DNA of 64,000 nt from Gammaproteobacteria bacterium. Lineage in GTDB: Bacteria; Pseudomonadota; Gammaproteobacteria; Enterobacterales; Kangiellaceae. The notes under the pieces are model-generated. The model was not told where the DNA came from and searched no databases. It saw only the letters and a program-made list of their open reading frames with translations. The stretch is from assembly GCA_013373375.1 (NCBI GenBank), contig JABXHY010000018.1, positions 43,113-107,112 on the forward strand, read 5' to 3'. Shown piece after piece: positions 44,001 to 53,703 of this stretch. Positions within the stretch are counted from its first letter, which is position 1, and each line of letters opens with the position of its first letter. The translations under genes and the position numbers were made by a program.

Positions 44001-44416
44001 TTATGGAGTTTGAAAGAATTTCTGAGCGAGGTGGTGTATTAGGTGCGATGGAAACTATGTATCAGCGTTCCAAAATACAAGAAGAATCATTGTATTATGA
44101 AACGCTGAAACACACAGGTGAACTACCGATTATAGGTGTTAATACATTCTTGTCTTCCAAAGGCTCTCCGACAACGATTCCGCAAGAAGTTATTCGTTCA
44201 ACTAAAGAAGAAAGAGAATATCAAATTCAAACCGTTGCTTCGCAGCACGATCGTTTTGCAAACGAAGGTGAGCAAGTGATTGAAAAAGTGCAGCAAGCTG
44301 CATTACAAAACCAAAATATTTTCAATGAGCTTATGGAAGCAACTAAATATTGTACACTTGGCCAAATCTCTGGAGCTCTTTATCAGGTAGGTGGTCAATA
44401 CAGACGTAATATGTAA
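41036..44416 (+). CDS. icmF: Fused isobutyryl-CoA mutase/MeaB GTPase (AdoCbl dependent)
   Basis: B12-binding [73 protein letters not shown] 41036. Confidence 0.95.
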   Translation: MADKAVPYQSTNKVRVVTAASLFDGHDAAINIMRRIIQSTGCEVIHLGHNRSVQEIVDCAIQEDVQAIAMTSYQGGHVEYLKYMYDLLNERGCGHIKLFAGGGGVILPEEIKELHDYGITKVYSPDDGRELGLQGMINDLVKRSDFPTGDSLDNEQKNLSPQNPNAIAKLISAAENYRNDNSDLFADIKKSADASKTPVLGITGTGGAGKSSLVDELVRRFLLDFPEKNIAIISVDPSKRKTGGALLGDRIRMNAINSDRVYMRSLATRQSNLALSPHVQDAVNIVKSAGFDLVILETSGIGQSDTEIVEHSNMSMYVMTPEFGAATQLEKIDMLDFADIVAINKFDKRGALDALRDVKKQYQRNNNLFEKNADEMPVYGTIASQFNDPGTNALYKAIMDTLVVKTGVELNSNFEITDEMSEKIYIIPPKRTRYLAEIAENNRKYDEWVIEQAEIAEKLYGLNNSIETINEMSDSNGDVVPQLKKVYEDIDLKLDGQNKKILEDWPTKKEAYQADEFVYQVRGKDIKVQTKSESLAHNKIPKISVPKYRSWGDVLKWNLQENFPGEFPYTAGVFPFKREGEDPTRMFAGEGGPERTNRRFHYVSLGMPAKRLSTAFDSVTLYGEDPDFRPDIYGKIGNSGVSICCLDDAKKLYSGFNLADPKTSVSMTINGPAPILVGFFMNAAIDQQCEIYIKENGIESDVKQKIESIYKEKGQPVPTYQGELPEGNDGLGLMLLGVTGDQVLPKDAYEKIKAETLSAVRGTVQADILKEDQAQNTCIFSTEFALRLMGDVQEYFIDHNVRNFYSVSISGYHIAEAGANPISQLAFTLANGFTFIEYYLARGMDINKFAPNFSFFFSNGMDPEYAVMGRVARRIWAKALKLLYKADPRAQMLKYHIQTSGRSLHAQEIDFNDIRTTLQALYAIYDNCNSLHTNAYDEAITTPTEESVRRAMAIQLIINRELGLAKNQNPLQGAFIIEELTDLVEEAVLMEFERISERGGVLGAMETMYQRSKIQEESLYYETLKHTGELPIIGVNTFLSSKGSPTTIPQEVIRSTKEEREYQIQTVASQHDRFANEGEQVIEKVQQAALQNQNIFNELMEATKYCTLGQISGALYQVGGQYRRNM

Positions 44417-44422
44417 CTGCAT

Positions 44423-44463
44423 AAATTACTGAACAGAGACTCCTAATCTCTGTTCAGTAATTT
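44423..44463. terminator. Bidirectional terminator between icmF and the PGPGW gene
   Basis: AAATTACTGAACAGAGA / TCTCTGTTCAGTAATTT, 17-bp perfect stem with 7-nt loop, between convergent genes. Confidence 0.8.
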
Positions 44464-44490
44464 TCGAGTTATTGTAATTTAGTCTGACGA

Positions 44491-44724
44491 CTATCTTCGG
44501 TATTTAAAATTGCGCCATTTCCGATCTGCCCAGGCTGCTGAGCGTCTGGAATAAACTTGAAACTTCTTTAACCACCGCCTTGCGAACTCATACTCCGTTG
44601 CTAGCAAAGCTAGTCCGAGCGGTATTATCAGAATGGCTGGCCCCGGTAGGATAATAAAAATCAATCCAATCAAAACAATTAGCAGTCCAACGACACTTAC
44701 TAGAGTTTTTCTAACATATTTCAT
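44491..44724 (-). CDS. PGPGW-domain small membrane protein
   Basis: ILPGPAILIIPLGLALLATEYEFARRWL motif. Confidence 0.8.
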   Translation of the reverse strand: MKYVRKTLVSVVGLLIVLIGLIFIILPGPAILIIPLGLALLATEYEFARRWLKKFQVYSRRSAAWADRKWRNFKYRR

Positions 44725-44975
44725 AAAAATTATTATTTAATTTAAGCTTATGAGTCTACTAAGCAAGCTTTAGGCCAATTGGTTAAGCCTTTGTTTCAAA
44801 GGGTTTTGGGGATTCTTTTAGTTTAACCTTCATTTAAATTTAGTTTTTAAGCCAATTATTAGCTCATCTGATTAACTCTCGATATTTGAAAAATTCGTTC
44901 TCGGTAAGTAAGCCATCTTCTCTTCAAGTCTGATAGAATTGTTGGGCAGATTAGTGAGTCTTTTAAGGTAGCAGA

Positions 44976-45716
44976 ATGGAAAAAATTGCGATTATATGTG
45001 GTACAGATTTACGTCAATATGACGGGCTTGAGCTTACTCAGAGTGTTTCTTGTGAGTCTAAATATGGCGAAATATCTTCACAAGTCTTTTTGTCTGATGC
45101 TTTTAAAGCTTCTGTGTTCTTTATGGCACGACATGGTACTAACACATCAATAGCTCCTCATCAGATCAACTATAGAGCAAATCTTGAGGTTCTCAAGCAG
45201 CTCGATGTTTCGCAAATAATTGCGGTGAATACGGTAGGTGGTTTGGTAGATGATATGTCGCCAGGTACATGGGTAATTCCAGACCAAATTATTGATTACA
45301 CTCATGGCAGGGAACAAACATTTTTTGATGGTATTCATAACCCAATGCAGCACATTGATTTTAGCTTTCCTTTTGCTAAAAGTTTACGTGATGACCTCAT
45401 AAAGTTTGCTGCGCTTAAGCAAAAGTCGGTCATTGATTATGGAACTTATGCCGTGACTCAGGGGCCTCGACTTGAAACTGCTGCGGAGATTGCGCGATTA
45501 CAGAATGATGGTAATCATTTAGTGGGAATGACAATGATGCCCGAAGCGGTGCTTGCTCGTGAACTAGGAATTGGTTATTGCTCAATTTGTTTGGTAGCGA
45601 ACTGGGGGGCTGGTATGGAACAACAGCCACTGGATATTGATGCTATATACACGTTGGTAGAGAAGGAGTTTTCTGAAATGACTCGATTTATGTCTGAGTT
45701 TTTAGCGGAGCTTTAG
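44976..45716 (+). CDS. S-methyl-5'-thioinosine/thioadenosine phosphorylase (PNP family)
   Basis: ARHG, INYRAN, PDQIIDYT, TQGPRLETAAE, VGMT, PEAVLARE. VANWGAG has Asn at the specificity position, indicating the 6-oxo (MTI) type. Confidence 0.88.
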   Translation: MEKIAIICGTDLRQYDGLELTQSVSCESKYGEISSQVFLSDAFKASVFFMARHGTNTSIAPHQINYRANLEVLKQLDVSQIIAVNTVGGLVDDMSPGTWVIPDQIIDYTHGREQTFFDGIHNPMQHIDFSFPFAKSLRDDLIKFAALKQKSVIDYGTYAVTQGPRLETAAEIARLQNDGNHLVGMTMMPEAVLARELGIGYCSICLVANWGAGMEQQPLDIDAIYTLVEKEFSEMTRFMSEFLAEL

Positions 45717-45783
45717 TGTATAGCCCACATTAAGGATGGCGATCGTTTATGTAATTAGAACTATTAATTGAAAGTTAATAACA

Positions 45784-46104
45784 ATGATTGTCTCCGCTAT
45801 GCTCATTACTTCTCTTTTCTCAGTAATCGATTTGAATAACAGTAAAATCGAAATGCCCAACTTAACTGAGTTGGCAAGCCGAGTGACCATTGGCAAGCTA
45901 AGAAAGTTAAGTGAGAATTCAAACGACTTTTCTGAACTTTTCCAAACTCGTTGGGTATGTGGTTGCTGTCCTTTTAATTCTCAGCCAAGTGTTGAGTTGA
46001 CCGGTTCTTACTATGTTTTCGCTAATAATAAGCAATTGAGTATATGGCAGCCCATCAGTGGCGCTAAGCAAAATTACTCAGTCTTTCTCGTTAATCTAAA
46101 TTAA
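45784..46104 (+). CDS. Hypothetical protein with CGCCP motif
   Basis: 106-aa ORF filling the gap, hydrophobic N-terminus, stop interlocks with the mtnA stop (TTAA). No recognised family. Confidence 0.45.
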   Translation: MIVSAMLITSLFSVIDLNNSKIEMPNLTELASRVTIGKLRKLSENSNDFSELFQTRWVCGCCPFNSQPSVELTGSYYVFANNKQLSIWQPISGAKQNYSVFLVNLN

Positions 46105-47123
46105 CCTAGCCACCACGACTGCTTGGGCAAATCTTGTTTGGTAAACACACCGGTATCAAGGATCCATGCTGTTACCAGCTCAGCTGGTGTGACATCAAAT
46201 GCGGGATTGAATGTATCGCTTTCATTCGGAGCCCACTGACAACTTCCAAAGCTTCCAGAAACACCTTTAATTTCATCGGAACTGCGTTGCTCAATGGGAA
46301 TTAGGTCGCCGCTTGAGCATTCTGGGTCAACGGTTGTTTTGGGTGCGACAACGTAAAAGGGCACTTTATGATAGTTTGCTAATACAGCAAGGGAATAGGT
46401 ACCAATTTTATTGGCGAAGTCTCCATTGGCTGCAATTCGATCGCTACCGACAAAAATTCGATCCACTTGTCCTTTTGCCATAAGCATAGCCGCCATATTG
46501 TCGCAAATAATTTTATGTGGAACGCCTCGATTAACACATTCCCAAGCGGTTAATCGACCACCTTGCAACAAAGGTCTTGTTTCATCGACCCACACAAAAA
46601 TGTCTTTCTTTTGCTCATGTGCTCGAGTTATCACTCCTAATGCGGTTCCTATTCCCGCTGTGGCCAGCCCACCGGTATTACAGTGAGTTAAAAGTTTCTC
46701 GCCGGGGTGAATAATCGAAGCTCCATGATCGGCCATAGAGCCACATAATTGAATATCTTCGTCGAGCAGTGTTTCTGCTTCCTTAGTAATATAGCTAGAG
46801 TCATCACTATCAATAATTACGCGTTTCATCTGATCGATATTGTTCATTAGGTTAACTGCAGTTGGTCGAGCTGCTCGCAATGTATCGGCAGCGTCTAGCA
46901 GTTGCTCTTTTGTAAGGCCTTTTTCTGCAAGTATTCCAAGTAAAACACTTGCTGCAATACCGATTGCCGGAGCACCTCGGATGGCGAGTTTTTGAATAAT
47001 TTCTACCAGTTGCGAAACATTTTCACATTTTAGCCAGTTTTCTTGATGCGGAAGTTGAGTTTGATCGAGTATTAGGAATGTATTTCCGTCAAACTTCATG
47101 CATCCAGTCGTAAATAATTTCAT
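46101..47123 (-). CDS. mtnA: S-methyl-5-thioribose-1-phosphate isomerase
   Basis: [63 protein letters not shown]. Confidence 0.96.
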   Translation of the reverse strand: MKLFTTGCMKFDGNTFLILDQTQLPHQENWLKCENVSQLVEIIQKLAIRGAPAIGIAASVLLGILAEKGLTKEQLLDAADTLRAARPTAVNLMNNIDQMKRVIIDSDDSSYITKEAETLLDEDIQLCGSMADHGASIIHPGEKLLTHCNTGGLATAGIGTALGVITRAHEQKKDIFVWVDETRPLLQGGRLTAWECVNRGVPHKIICDNMAAMLMAKGQVDRIFVGSDRIAANGDFANKIGTYSLAVLANYHKVPFYVVAPKTTVDPECSSGDLIPIEQRSSDEIKGVSGSFGSCQWAPNESDTFNPAFDVTPAELVTAWILDTGVFTKQDLPKQSWWLG

Positions 47124-47785
47124 GATAGTGTTCCGTGCTTTAATGCTAAGGCATTTGAAAAATAGTGAATAAGAATTGAGGTTGCTGCTTCAAGCGAGTC
47201 GCCGAAAGCAACTACGCCGTCTTCGTGTCCTGTCATCGCGAAGATTTTTTGATCTCGGACATTGGTTTCATTAAACAGACGTTCAACTTCTTTTGCCATT
47301 AAAGGCGTTCCGTAAGGCACATTCGCATCTGTCGAAGGAATTGATAGCTCAGTTCTGTAATTCCATATATCGGGCGAGTGAACATGAATGACGGCATTGA
47401 TAGTTTTATCGAGTAAATAAAGTTGTCCATGGGTCATGGCTTCTGACGAAGGTTTGCACAATCCTAAGGCTTTTATAAAGTTCTTCATCGGGTCGCAGTG
47501 AGTAACAATTGCACACTCAGATTCTTCAAGCCAACTTTTTTCACCTGTTTGGGTACCACTGATCAGAAACGTATGATCTCCGTTTGTAACTCGACAGCTA
47601 ATATTTCCAAATCCATAGCCCAAGTATCGATCGGGATTTTGACCGATTAACTCAAGTTTATAAGTGATCGCTCGCCATTGGTTTAGAGTAGCAAGCGTAT
47701 CGTCCCGATAGTCCGGGATATTTTTTAAAGACTTTTCACTAAACTCTAGTGTGAATTTAATGACACCTTCTTGTTCTTGTGACAA
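47120..47785 (-). CDS. Class II aldolase/adducin family protein (MtnB- or Ald2-like)
   Basis: [18 protein letters not shown]...THG, VIHVH Zn ligands. 4-bp overlap with mtnA. Confidence 0.85.
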   Translation of the reverse strand: MSQEQEGVIKFTLEFSEKSLKNIPDYRDDTLATLNQWRAITYKLELIGQNPDRYLGYGFGNISCRVTNGDHTFLISGTQTGEKSWLEESECAIVTHCDPMKNFIKALGLCKPSSEAMTHGQLYLLDKTINAVIHVHSPDIWNYRTELSIPSTDANVPYGTPLMAKEVERLFNETNVRDQKIFAMTGHEDGVVAFGDSLEAATSILIHYFSNALALKHGTLS

Positions 47786-47950
47786 GGTAACCGCTCTCCT
47801 AATCGAGTATCTTTAACAATATTGATGTTGAAAGAATTTAATTCTTGGGCATTATACATCGATAAATAATTCATCAACACCTAACAAGGTATTGTTGATA
47901 ACTCGCTTATATGAAAACTATGATAGTCAAAAAATAATATTAAAATCAGT

Positions 47951-48850
47951 ATGAGCACTTTTATTGTTATTAGCATTTGTATTTTCGCTGGGATATTACT
48001 GCGGCGATCGGGTGTATTGCCTGACAATGCGTCGGTAATTCTCAACCAATATGTTATCTGGATTGCTTTGCCAGCTTTAGTGTTGACACATATTCCATCA
48101 TTCAACATTTCAGCTGAAGCATGGTTGCCCGTTGGGGTTGCCTGGTCAATGGTGATTGTCTCCGCAATAATTGTTGTTGTATTCGCTCGACTTCTTAAAT
48201 GGTCAGCATCCACTCAATGCGTCCTGTTATTATTGGTGCCTTTAGGAAATACCTCATTTGTTGGCATCCCAATGTTGACTGCATTAATCGGCGAGGCTTC
48301 TGTCCCCATCGCTTTATTGTACGATCAGCTTGGAAGCTTTCTCGCCTTAGCAACTTACGGCTCTATTATCGTCGCGGTTTACAGTGGCGAAAAAGTAACA
48401 ATTAACCATGTGGTTATTAAAGTAATGACGTTTCCACCATTTATAGCACTTCTAGTCGCTCTGCTTATGAATGTTGTGAGTTTTCATTCGTCAAATTTAA
48501 CGGAGGCATTCAGTATCATCGGGAATACTTTGGTACCGGTGGTTATGGTTGCCGTAGGATTTCAGTGGCAATTTAAAATGAGCAATGAAGATGCGCTACC
48601 AATGGTGTTCGGGCTTTCTATAAAACTGTTGATAGCGCCATTGTTGGTGTATATCGCGCTGGATAATGTTGAGTTATCTCAAATTCTTAAGCAATCGATT
48701 ATTTTAGAGAGTGCAATGGCTCCCATGATTTCTGCAGGAGCTCTGGCAATTTTAGCTAATCAGAGGCCTCAGTTAGTTGCGGCTATGATTGGTTACGGGT
48801 TGCTGGCCGCTTTTATTTCTGTGCCAATGTGGTACTGGGTTATTAGCTAG
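47951..48850 (+). CDS. AEC (auxin efflux carrier) family transporter
   Basis: LNQYVIWIALPALV, GNTSFVGIP, LLYDQ, FPPFIA, LESAMAP. About 10 TMs. Confidence 0.88.
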   Translation: MSTFIVISICIFAGILLRRSGVLPDNASVILNQYVIWIALPALVLTHIPSFNISAEAWLPVGVAWSMVIVSAIIVVVFARLLKWSASTQCVLLLLVPLGNTSFVGIPMLTALIGEASVPIALLYDQLGSFLALATYGSIIVAVYSGEKVTINHVVIKVMTFPPFIALLVALLMNVVSFHSSNLTEAFSIIGNTLVPVVMVAVGFQWQFKMSNEDALPMVFGLSIKLLIAPLLVYIALDNVELSQILKQSIILESAMAPMISAGALAILANQRPQLVAAMIGYGLLAAFISVPMWYWVIS

Positions 48851-48925
48851 AGCGGCATCTTGCGAGGTGAAATGATTACAATCACTGACTGAGTGAATGT
48901 GAAATTCGATAGGGGGTATTTTGAA

Positions 48926-49492
48926 TTATGCTGCGTATCGTTTGTTATCACTGTCTTCAAGTAGGTTAAGATAGCTATTCATTGCTTGAATAGACTGATT
49001 TCGAGTAAGACGTAATTCAAAACTTTCTCGTACCTGCTCTTGCTGTATTAATCTGAGCAGTTCGACTTGCCAGTCGATAGAGTTTTCACCAAGCGCCTTT
49101 CTCTTGTAGCTTAATGTAAGGTAGTGTGCTGAAACTATGCATCGAAGCCATTCGATTGAGGTGTATTTATCTTTTGGAAGCATTCCTGGCATAATTTTCA
49201 TATTACTGTTGAGCGCCTGATTAAGATTCTCTCGTTCTTGCTCAAGCTTGCTAATGCGCTTTAGGTTGGTTTGCTCGAAGTTGTGTTGAACACTTTGAAT
49301 ATTGATTGTATTAATTTTCTTATTGAAAATCAGAATGCTGCCTATAATCGATAGGCAAAAACTGACCCCGCTAGCAATTACACTTGAACCAATATCGATA
49401 GATGCTGCTTGAAGCAACACAAAAGACAGACCAGCAATAACCACTGCAATGGCAACTGTCCAAATCATTTTTAACGGTTCTAAATTGAGCAT
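48926..49492 (-). CDS. Hypothetical protein, two N-terminal TMs plus coiled coil
   Basis: 188-aa ORF with hydrophobic hairpin followed by a helical soluble region, SD GAGG. No family recognised. Confidence 0.65.
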   Translation of the reverse strand: MLNLEPLKMIWTVAIAVVIAGLSFVLLQAASIDIGSSVIASGVSFCLSIIGSILIFNKKINTINIQSVQHNFEQTNLKRISKLEQERENLNQALNSNMKIMPGMLPKDKYTSIEWLRCIVSAHYLTLSYKRKALGENSIDWQVELLRLIQQEQVRESFELRLTRNQSIQAMNSYLNLLEDSDNKRYAA

Positions 49493-49780
49493 AAAGCCTC
49501 TTTACTTACAGGTAGTGGTTCGTTTTGCAGACCTTTCGAGCGCAAACAAACCAATCTCGACAGGCGATTATAGGTTTTTGAGCGTTTTGCACAATGTAAG
49601 TTTCACCAATTTAGTCGTGAATAGTACCAATTGTACATACAAGTCTAAGTTTTGAATAAAAAGTAGGCCTAAAAAGGGAAACTCGTATCCCTAAGAACCT
49701 TATTCGACTATAATGCCCAACGTTTTTGAAGGCTTTACCTCCTTTCTGGTTAATCCCTCCTATATTTGGAATACCGTAAT

Positions 49781-51619
49781 ATGTCAGAGAATGAATCTTT
49801 AAGTTTCGACCAATTGTCGTTACCTTCGTCTGTTTTGCAGTCGCTTAATGCGTTAGGTTACGAAACACCTTCGCCAATCCAACAACAGTGCATTCCATTG
49901 GTTCGTGAAGGACGAGATATCATTGGTCAGGCGCAAACCGGTACTGGGAAAACAGCGGCGTTTGCTTTACCCACTCTCGCAAACGTTGATGTGGAAATTA
50001 ATGAGCCTCAAGTTTGTGTCATTTGCCCGACTCGAGAGCTTGCTATTCAAGTTGCTGAAGCTTATGGCGAATACGCCAAATTCATGAAAGGTTTTAGGGT
50101 ACTTCCGGTTTACGGTGGCCAGCCATACCCTCCGCAATTGAAGCAATTAAAGCGAGGTGTACATGTTGTTGTTGGGACTCCTGGTCGTATTATGGATCAC
50201 ATGCGTCGAGGCTCGCTAAAATGGGATAACCTGAAAACTCTCGTGCTTGATGAAGCCGACGAAATGTTGCGAATGGGTTTTATTGATGACGTAGAGTGGA
50301 TCTTGGAGCACACGCCGGAAACCCGGCAAATTGCACTCTTTTCTGCAACCATGCCAAAGCCAATTAAAAAAGTCGCAGAAAAATTCTTAAAAGACGCCGA
50401 GCATATACAAATTAAAAGTAAGGCAAAAACAGCGTCGACGATTGAGCAATTGTTTTTAACCGTATCGAATAATTACAAATTAGAAGCGTTAACCCGTGTC
50501 TTGGAAAGTGAGAGTGCCGATGCCACGATTATCTTTATGCGTACCAAAAGCAGTTGCGACGAACTTTCACAAAAACTGACCGCGAGAGGCTTTTCTGCGG
50601 AAGCTATTCACGGAGACATGCAGCAAAAGCAACGTGAACAGATAGTTCAACGGTTAAAAGATAGTAAAACCGACATTATCATCGCAACTGACGTTGCTGC
50701 ACGCGGATTAGATGTCGAACGAATATCTCACGTTATTAACTTTGATATTCCCTATGATTCAGAATCTTACGTTCATCGAATTGGTCGAACAGGTCGAGCA
50801 GGTCGAAGCGGAAAAGCTATTTTATTTGTCACGCCTCGAGAACGCCATTTGTTGCGTATGATCGAACGTAATAACAGTACTCAAATTGCTCGCATGACGT
50901 TACCGTCTGTTGAAGTCATTAACGATGAGCGAACACGTCGCTTTTATGAAGAAGTGCAGCAGCAGATTGTTTCCGGCGAACATCAAGATTATCTTTCAGT
51001 TATTGAGCAGATTCAGGCTGAGCATAATCAATCTGGTGCTGAAATTGCGGCAGCGCTTGCTAGTATGTTATTTAAGGACAAACCACTATTAATTGAAAAC
51101 CTTCCAGACATTCCTGATTTTGAATTAAACGATAAAAAGGAAAAAGGTCGTAAAGAAAAAGGCAAAAGTGAACGCTCTAAAGGTAAAGCGCCAGTTGGTA
51201 CAAAAGCAGAACCATTAAAAGGCGAGCCTGAAGTTGAACTTGAACGGTTTGTCATTCACGTCGGTCGAGACCATGGCGTATCACCCAAGCATATCGTTGG
51301 CGCTATTGCCAACGAAGCTGACATGGACAGTCGATATATCGGAAATATAAAGTTGTTTGATGAAGTTTCTACCGTAGATTTGCCGAAGGGCATGCCAGAA
51401 GAAGTTTTTCAAATATTACGTAAAGCGCGAGTCTGCGGTCGACCATTAAATATTGAGTTTGCTTCTGACTATGCTAGCGGTCCTGAGTCTGATGGAGCAT
51501 ATAAACCTAAGCGAGGTAACCGTTCAAAGAAAAGCAATGCTAATTCTAAACCTCAAAAGAAACGCAGTGCTGACTCCCCCAAGGGAGCAAAAAAGAAGCC
51601 AGGAAAGAAAAAAGCCTAA
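49781..51619 (+). CDS. deaD: Cold-shock DEAD-box RNA helicase DeaD/CsdA
   Basis: Q motif, GTGKT, PTRELA, DEAD, SAT, TDVAARGLD, HRIGRTGR, DbpA-type RNA-binding C-domain, Lys-rich tail. ATG 49781. Confidence 0.95.
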   Translation: MSENESLSFDQLSLPSSVLQSLNALGYETPSPIQQQCIPLVREGRDIIGQAQTGTGKTAAFALPTLANVDVEINEPQVCVICPTRELAIQVAEAYGEYAKFMKGFRVLPVYGGQPYPPQLKQLKRGVHVVVGTPGRIMDHMRRGSLKWDNLKTLVLDEADEMLRMGFIDDVEWILEHTPETRQIALFSATMPKPIKKVAEKFLKDAEHIQIKSKAKTASTIEQLFLTVSNNYKLEALTRVLESESADATIIFMRTKSSCDELSQKLTARGFSAEAIHGDMQQKQREQIVQRLKDSKTDIIIATDVAARGLDVERISHVINFDIPYDSESYVHRIGRTGRAGRSGKAILFVTPRERHLLRMIERNNSTQIARMTLPSVEVINDERTRRFYEEVQQQIVSGEHQDYLSVIEQIQAEHNQSGAEIAAALASMLFKDKPLLIENLPDIPDFELNDKKEKGRKEKGKSERSKGKAPVGTKAEPLKGEPEVELERFVIHVGRDHGVSPKHIVGAIANEADMDSRYIGNIKLFDEVSTVDLPKGMPEEVFQILRKARVCGRPLNIEFASDYASGPESDGAYKPKRGNRSKKSNANSKPQKKRSADSPKGAKKKPGKKKA

Positions 51620-51638
51620 AAAGCAACTTGAGTGGTCT

Positions 51639-51666
51639 CGGGTGTGCGAGAGTGCACCCGCTTTTT
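51639..51666 (+). terminator. Rho-independent terminator of deaD
   Basis: CGGGTGTGC-GAGA-GTGCACCCG followed by CTTTTT. Confidence 0.75.
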
Positions 51667-51693
51667 AGTATACTTCACTCATAAAATGTAATT

Positions 51694-51724
51694 CTACAAA
51701 CCTACAAACCTACAAACCAGAAAC
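51694..51724. repeat. 8-bp tandem repeat (CTACAAAC)x3 plus a degenerate copy
   Basis: Units at 51694-701, 51702-709, 51710-717, then CAGAAAC. Confidence 0.9.
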
Positions 51725-51792
51725 CCCATAATTAAGATTGATAATTTAATTTTAATCAATGAAGATAATCGGTTAGACATTAAAGCTTAAAA

Positions 51793-52290
51793 TTGAACCC
51801 TGTGAATAAAATCTTAATTTTGTTAGGCACTCTGTATGCGATATCTGCACTGGCTGATGCGCCTGGAGAAAAGGTTGATAGTTTTGTGAAACTAAAAGAA
51901 TTAACCGGTCATTGGGTAAAGGAGGGCGGAAGTCCTGAGAAGTTCTATATTTCATTTTATACCAGTGCTAATGGAAGTGTTTTAGTTGAAGACTGGATAT
52001 CGAATGGCGTATCTCGGTCATTAACAGTTTATCATCGAGATGGTGAAAGGCTTTTGGCGACTCACTATTGCCCACAAGAGAATCAACCAAGGCTGAAGCT
52101 GAAAGAAAGCTCAAATGAGAATGAAATTTCTTTTGTCTTTAAGGATGCGACTAATTTAGAGGATTTGAATGAAAACCATCAACACTCACTATCTTTTGAG
52201 TTTGTCGATAAAGATACACTTATAAGAAAAGAGAGCTATATAAGTTCTGGAACTCTAGCTCCCTCAACATTGAAGCTTATTCGTAAATAA
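51793..52290 (+). CDS. Secreted hypothetical protein
   Basis: Signal peptide (…LYAISALA), beta-rich body with TVYHRDG..LLATHYC...NQPR motif. Function unknown. TTG start. Confidence 0.75.
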   Translation: MNPVNKILILLGTLYAISALADAPGEKVDSFVKLKELTGHWVKEGGSPEKFYISFYTSANGSVLVEDWISNGVSRSLTVYHRDGERLLATHYCPQENQPRLKLKESSNENEISFVFKDATNLEDLNENHQHSLSFEFVDKDTLIRKESYISSGTLAPSTLKLIRK

Positions 52291-52389
52291 TACCGATTAA
52301 AGCTCAAAAAGTTACTTAAGAAACTATCAAAGTTAAACTCAAAGGAAAACCTAACTGCTTTTATTTGGTAGTTTTTAACGTGTAAGCTA

Positions 52390-52965
52390 CTATCCGTTTT
52401 CAAGAATATCGATGATGGCATTAATGCTGCTATCAACTTTCATCTCAAACGCTTTAGCTTCTTCATGAATTTTTGTCTCATATTCGCGAAAGACATCTTC
52501 ATTTTCTAAAAGCGTCATTTCTTGTAGTTCCAATTGCTTACTGTGGTTATGAACCATCTCCTCTAACTCGCGCAGTGTCATGGTATCGCGATTAATTTCG
52601 ATTTTTTCTGCAAATTCTTTAATCGGTTCGAGCTTTGCCTCAATCTGTTTTAACATAGGCTCAATTTTTCTATGAGCTAACTCAAATTTTCGTTCAGCAG
52701 TTTCCATTGTTTGCTCTATTTCTAGTATCCGCTCTTGTTGCGATTCACTAAGGTCGCTCCATTTGTAATGAGCGCCATTTATAAAATATTCCCGTTGATT
52801 GCTGGAGTGAGTTATTTGAATAGAGTCATGATGCTTTGATATAGATCTGGCAAAAGAATGATTACTGTTTTCAGCTGTGTTTAACCCTGCTTCGTTGGGG
52901 GTGGCATAAGTTATCATTACTGATAAAAGAATTGTTGCCGTAATGATTAAGGTCTTATATTTCAT
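52390..52965 (-). CDS. Secreted hypothetical protein with long Glu-rich coiled coil
   Basis: SD AGGAG, signal peptide, YFINGAHYKWSDL followed by a heptad-rich helix. Confidence 0.75.
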   Translation of the reverse strand: MKYKTLIITATILLSVMITYATPNEAGLNTAENSNHSFARSISKHHDSIQITHSSNQREYFINGAHYKWSDLSESQQERILEIEQTMETAERKFELAHRKIEPMLKQIEAKLEPIKEFAEKIEINRDTMTLRELEEMVHNHSKQLELQEMTLLENEDVFREYETKIHEEAKAFEMKVDSSINAIIDILENG

Positions 52966-53054
52966 GTGACTAAGCTCCTGTTGACTTTAATTAAAGCTTT
53001 AGTCGGTATGGCAGTTCAAAAAGTTTTAACTTTTTAAAAAATTACTGAGTGACC

Positions 53055-53228
53055 CTAGGTGCATCTCTGAATCTTTGCTTGAGCTAACTCGGCTTTATTA
53101 TCACTTTTTTCTTCAACGAGCTTTTGAGTGTGGGGCGTTTCATTTTCGGTTAACCCGACCAAAGCTAGCGAACAAACTATCGATGCCACTAAAAATATAT
53201 GATTGAATAAATGTTTTATCTTGTTCAT
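53055..53228 (-). CDS. Uncalled 57-aa small protein with signal/TM segment
   Basis: Manual translation MNKIKHLFNHIFLVASIVCSLALVGLTENETPHTQKLVEEKSDNKAELAQAKIQRCT*. AAGGT SD upstream. Below the 60-aa ORF-track cut-off. Confidence 0.55.
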   Translation of the reverse strand: MNKIKHLFNHIFLVASIVCSLALVGLTENETPHTQKLVEEKSDNKAELAQAKIQRCT

Positions 53229-53703
53229 ATTGCTTACCTTAGGTTATTTCAACTCACTTTTTTAGTCTTTATCACTTTACTAAGCTCAACAAGCTTATAC
53301 TTCTTACTATTAAAGACGAAATTGAAGTGAAATAAATTAAAATTTTCATTAGTAAATGTAAATTAAAATACTAACACTCGATTGTTTTCTATCGAAATGT
53401 CGACTTTACCGACTTAGGGCTTTTTCCTGCTCTACCTGAGTTTTGATAGCTAAATACATGCCAAAAATAAAAGAACATAAAAACAACAAGTTAAAGTTCA
53501 ATATTATGTTTGTTATTTCTGATATGAGCAGATGCCTTCTGAAATCAGGAATTCGTTATTTGTTTAAAGAAAATACAGTTTGTTACAAATGTTTTTTTAT
53601 AAAAATGGTGAGCGTATGCATCATTGCCGAGGTTATTTCTATTTTATCTAAACCGGCTATTTTTCATAATTATTCTTTTACCGAGTCATTTGCAAGAGAC
53701 ACT

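Noticed and set aside
49517-49552. c-di-GMP-I riboswitch upstream of the 188-aa hypothetical gene
   Set aside because: A hairpin with an internal GAAA exists on the minus strand, but the conserved GGCAAA...GACGCAAAG pattern and second stem are missing.
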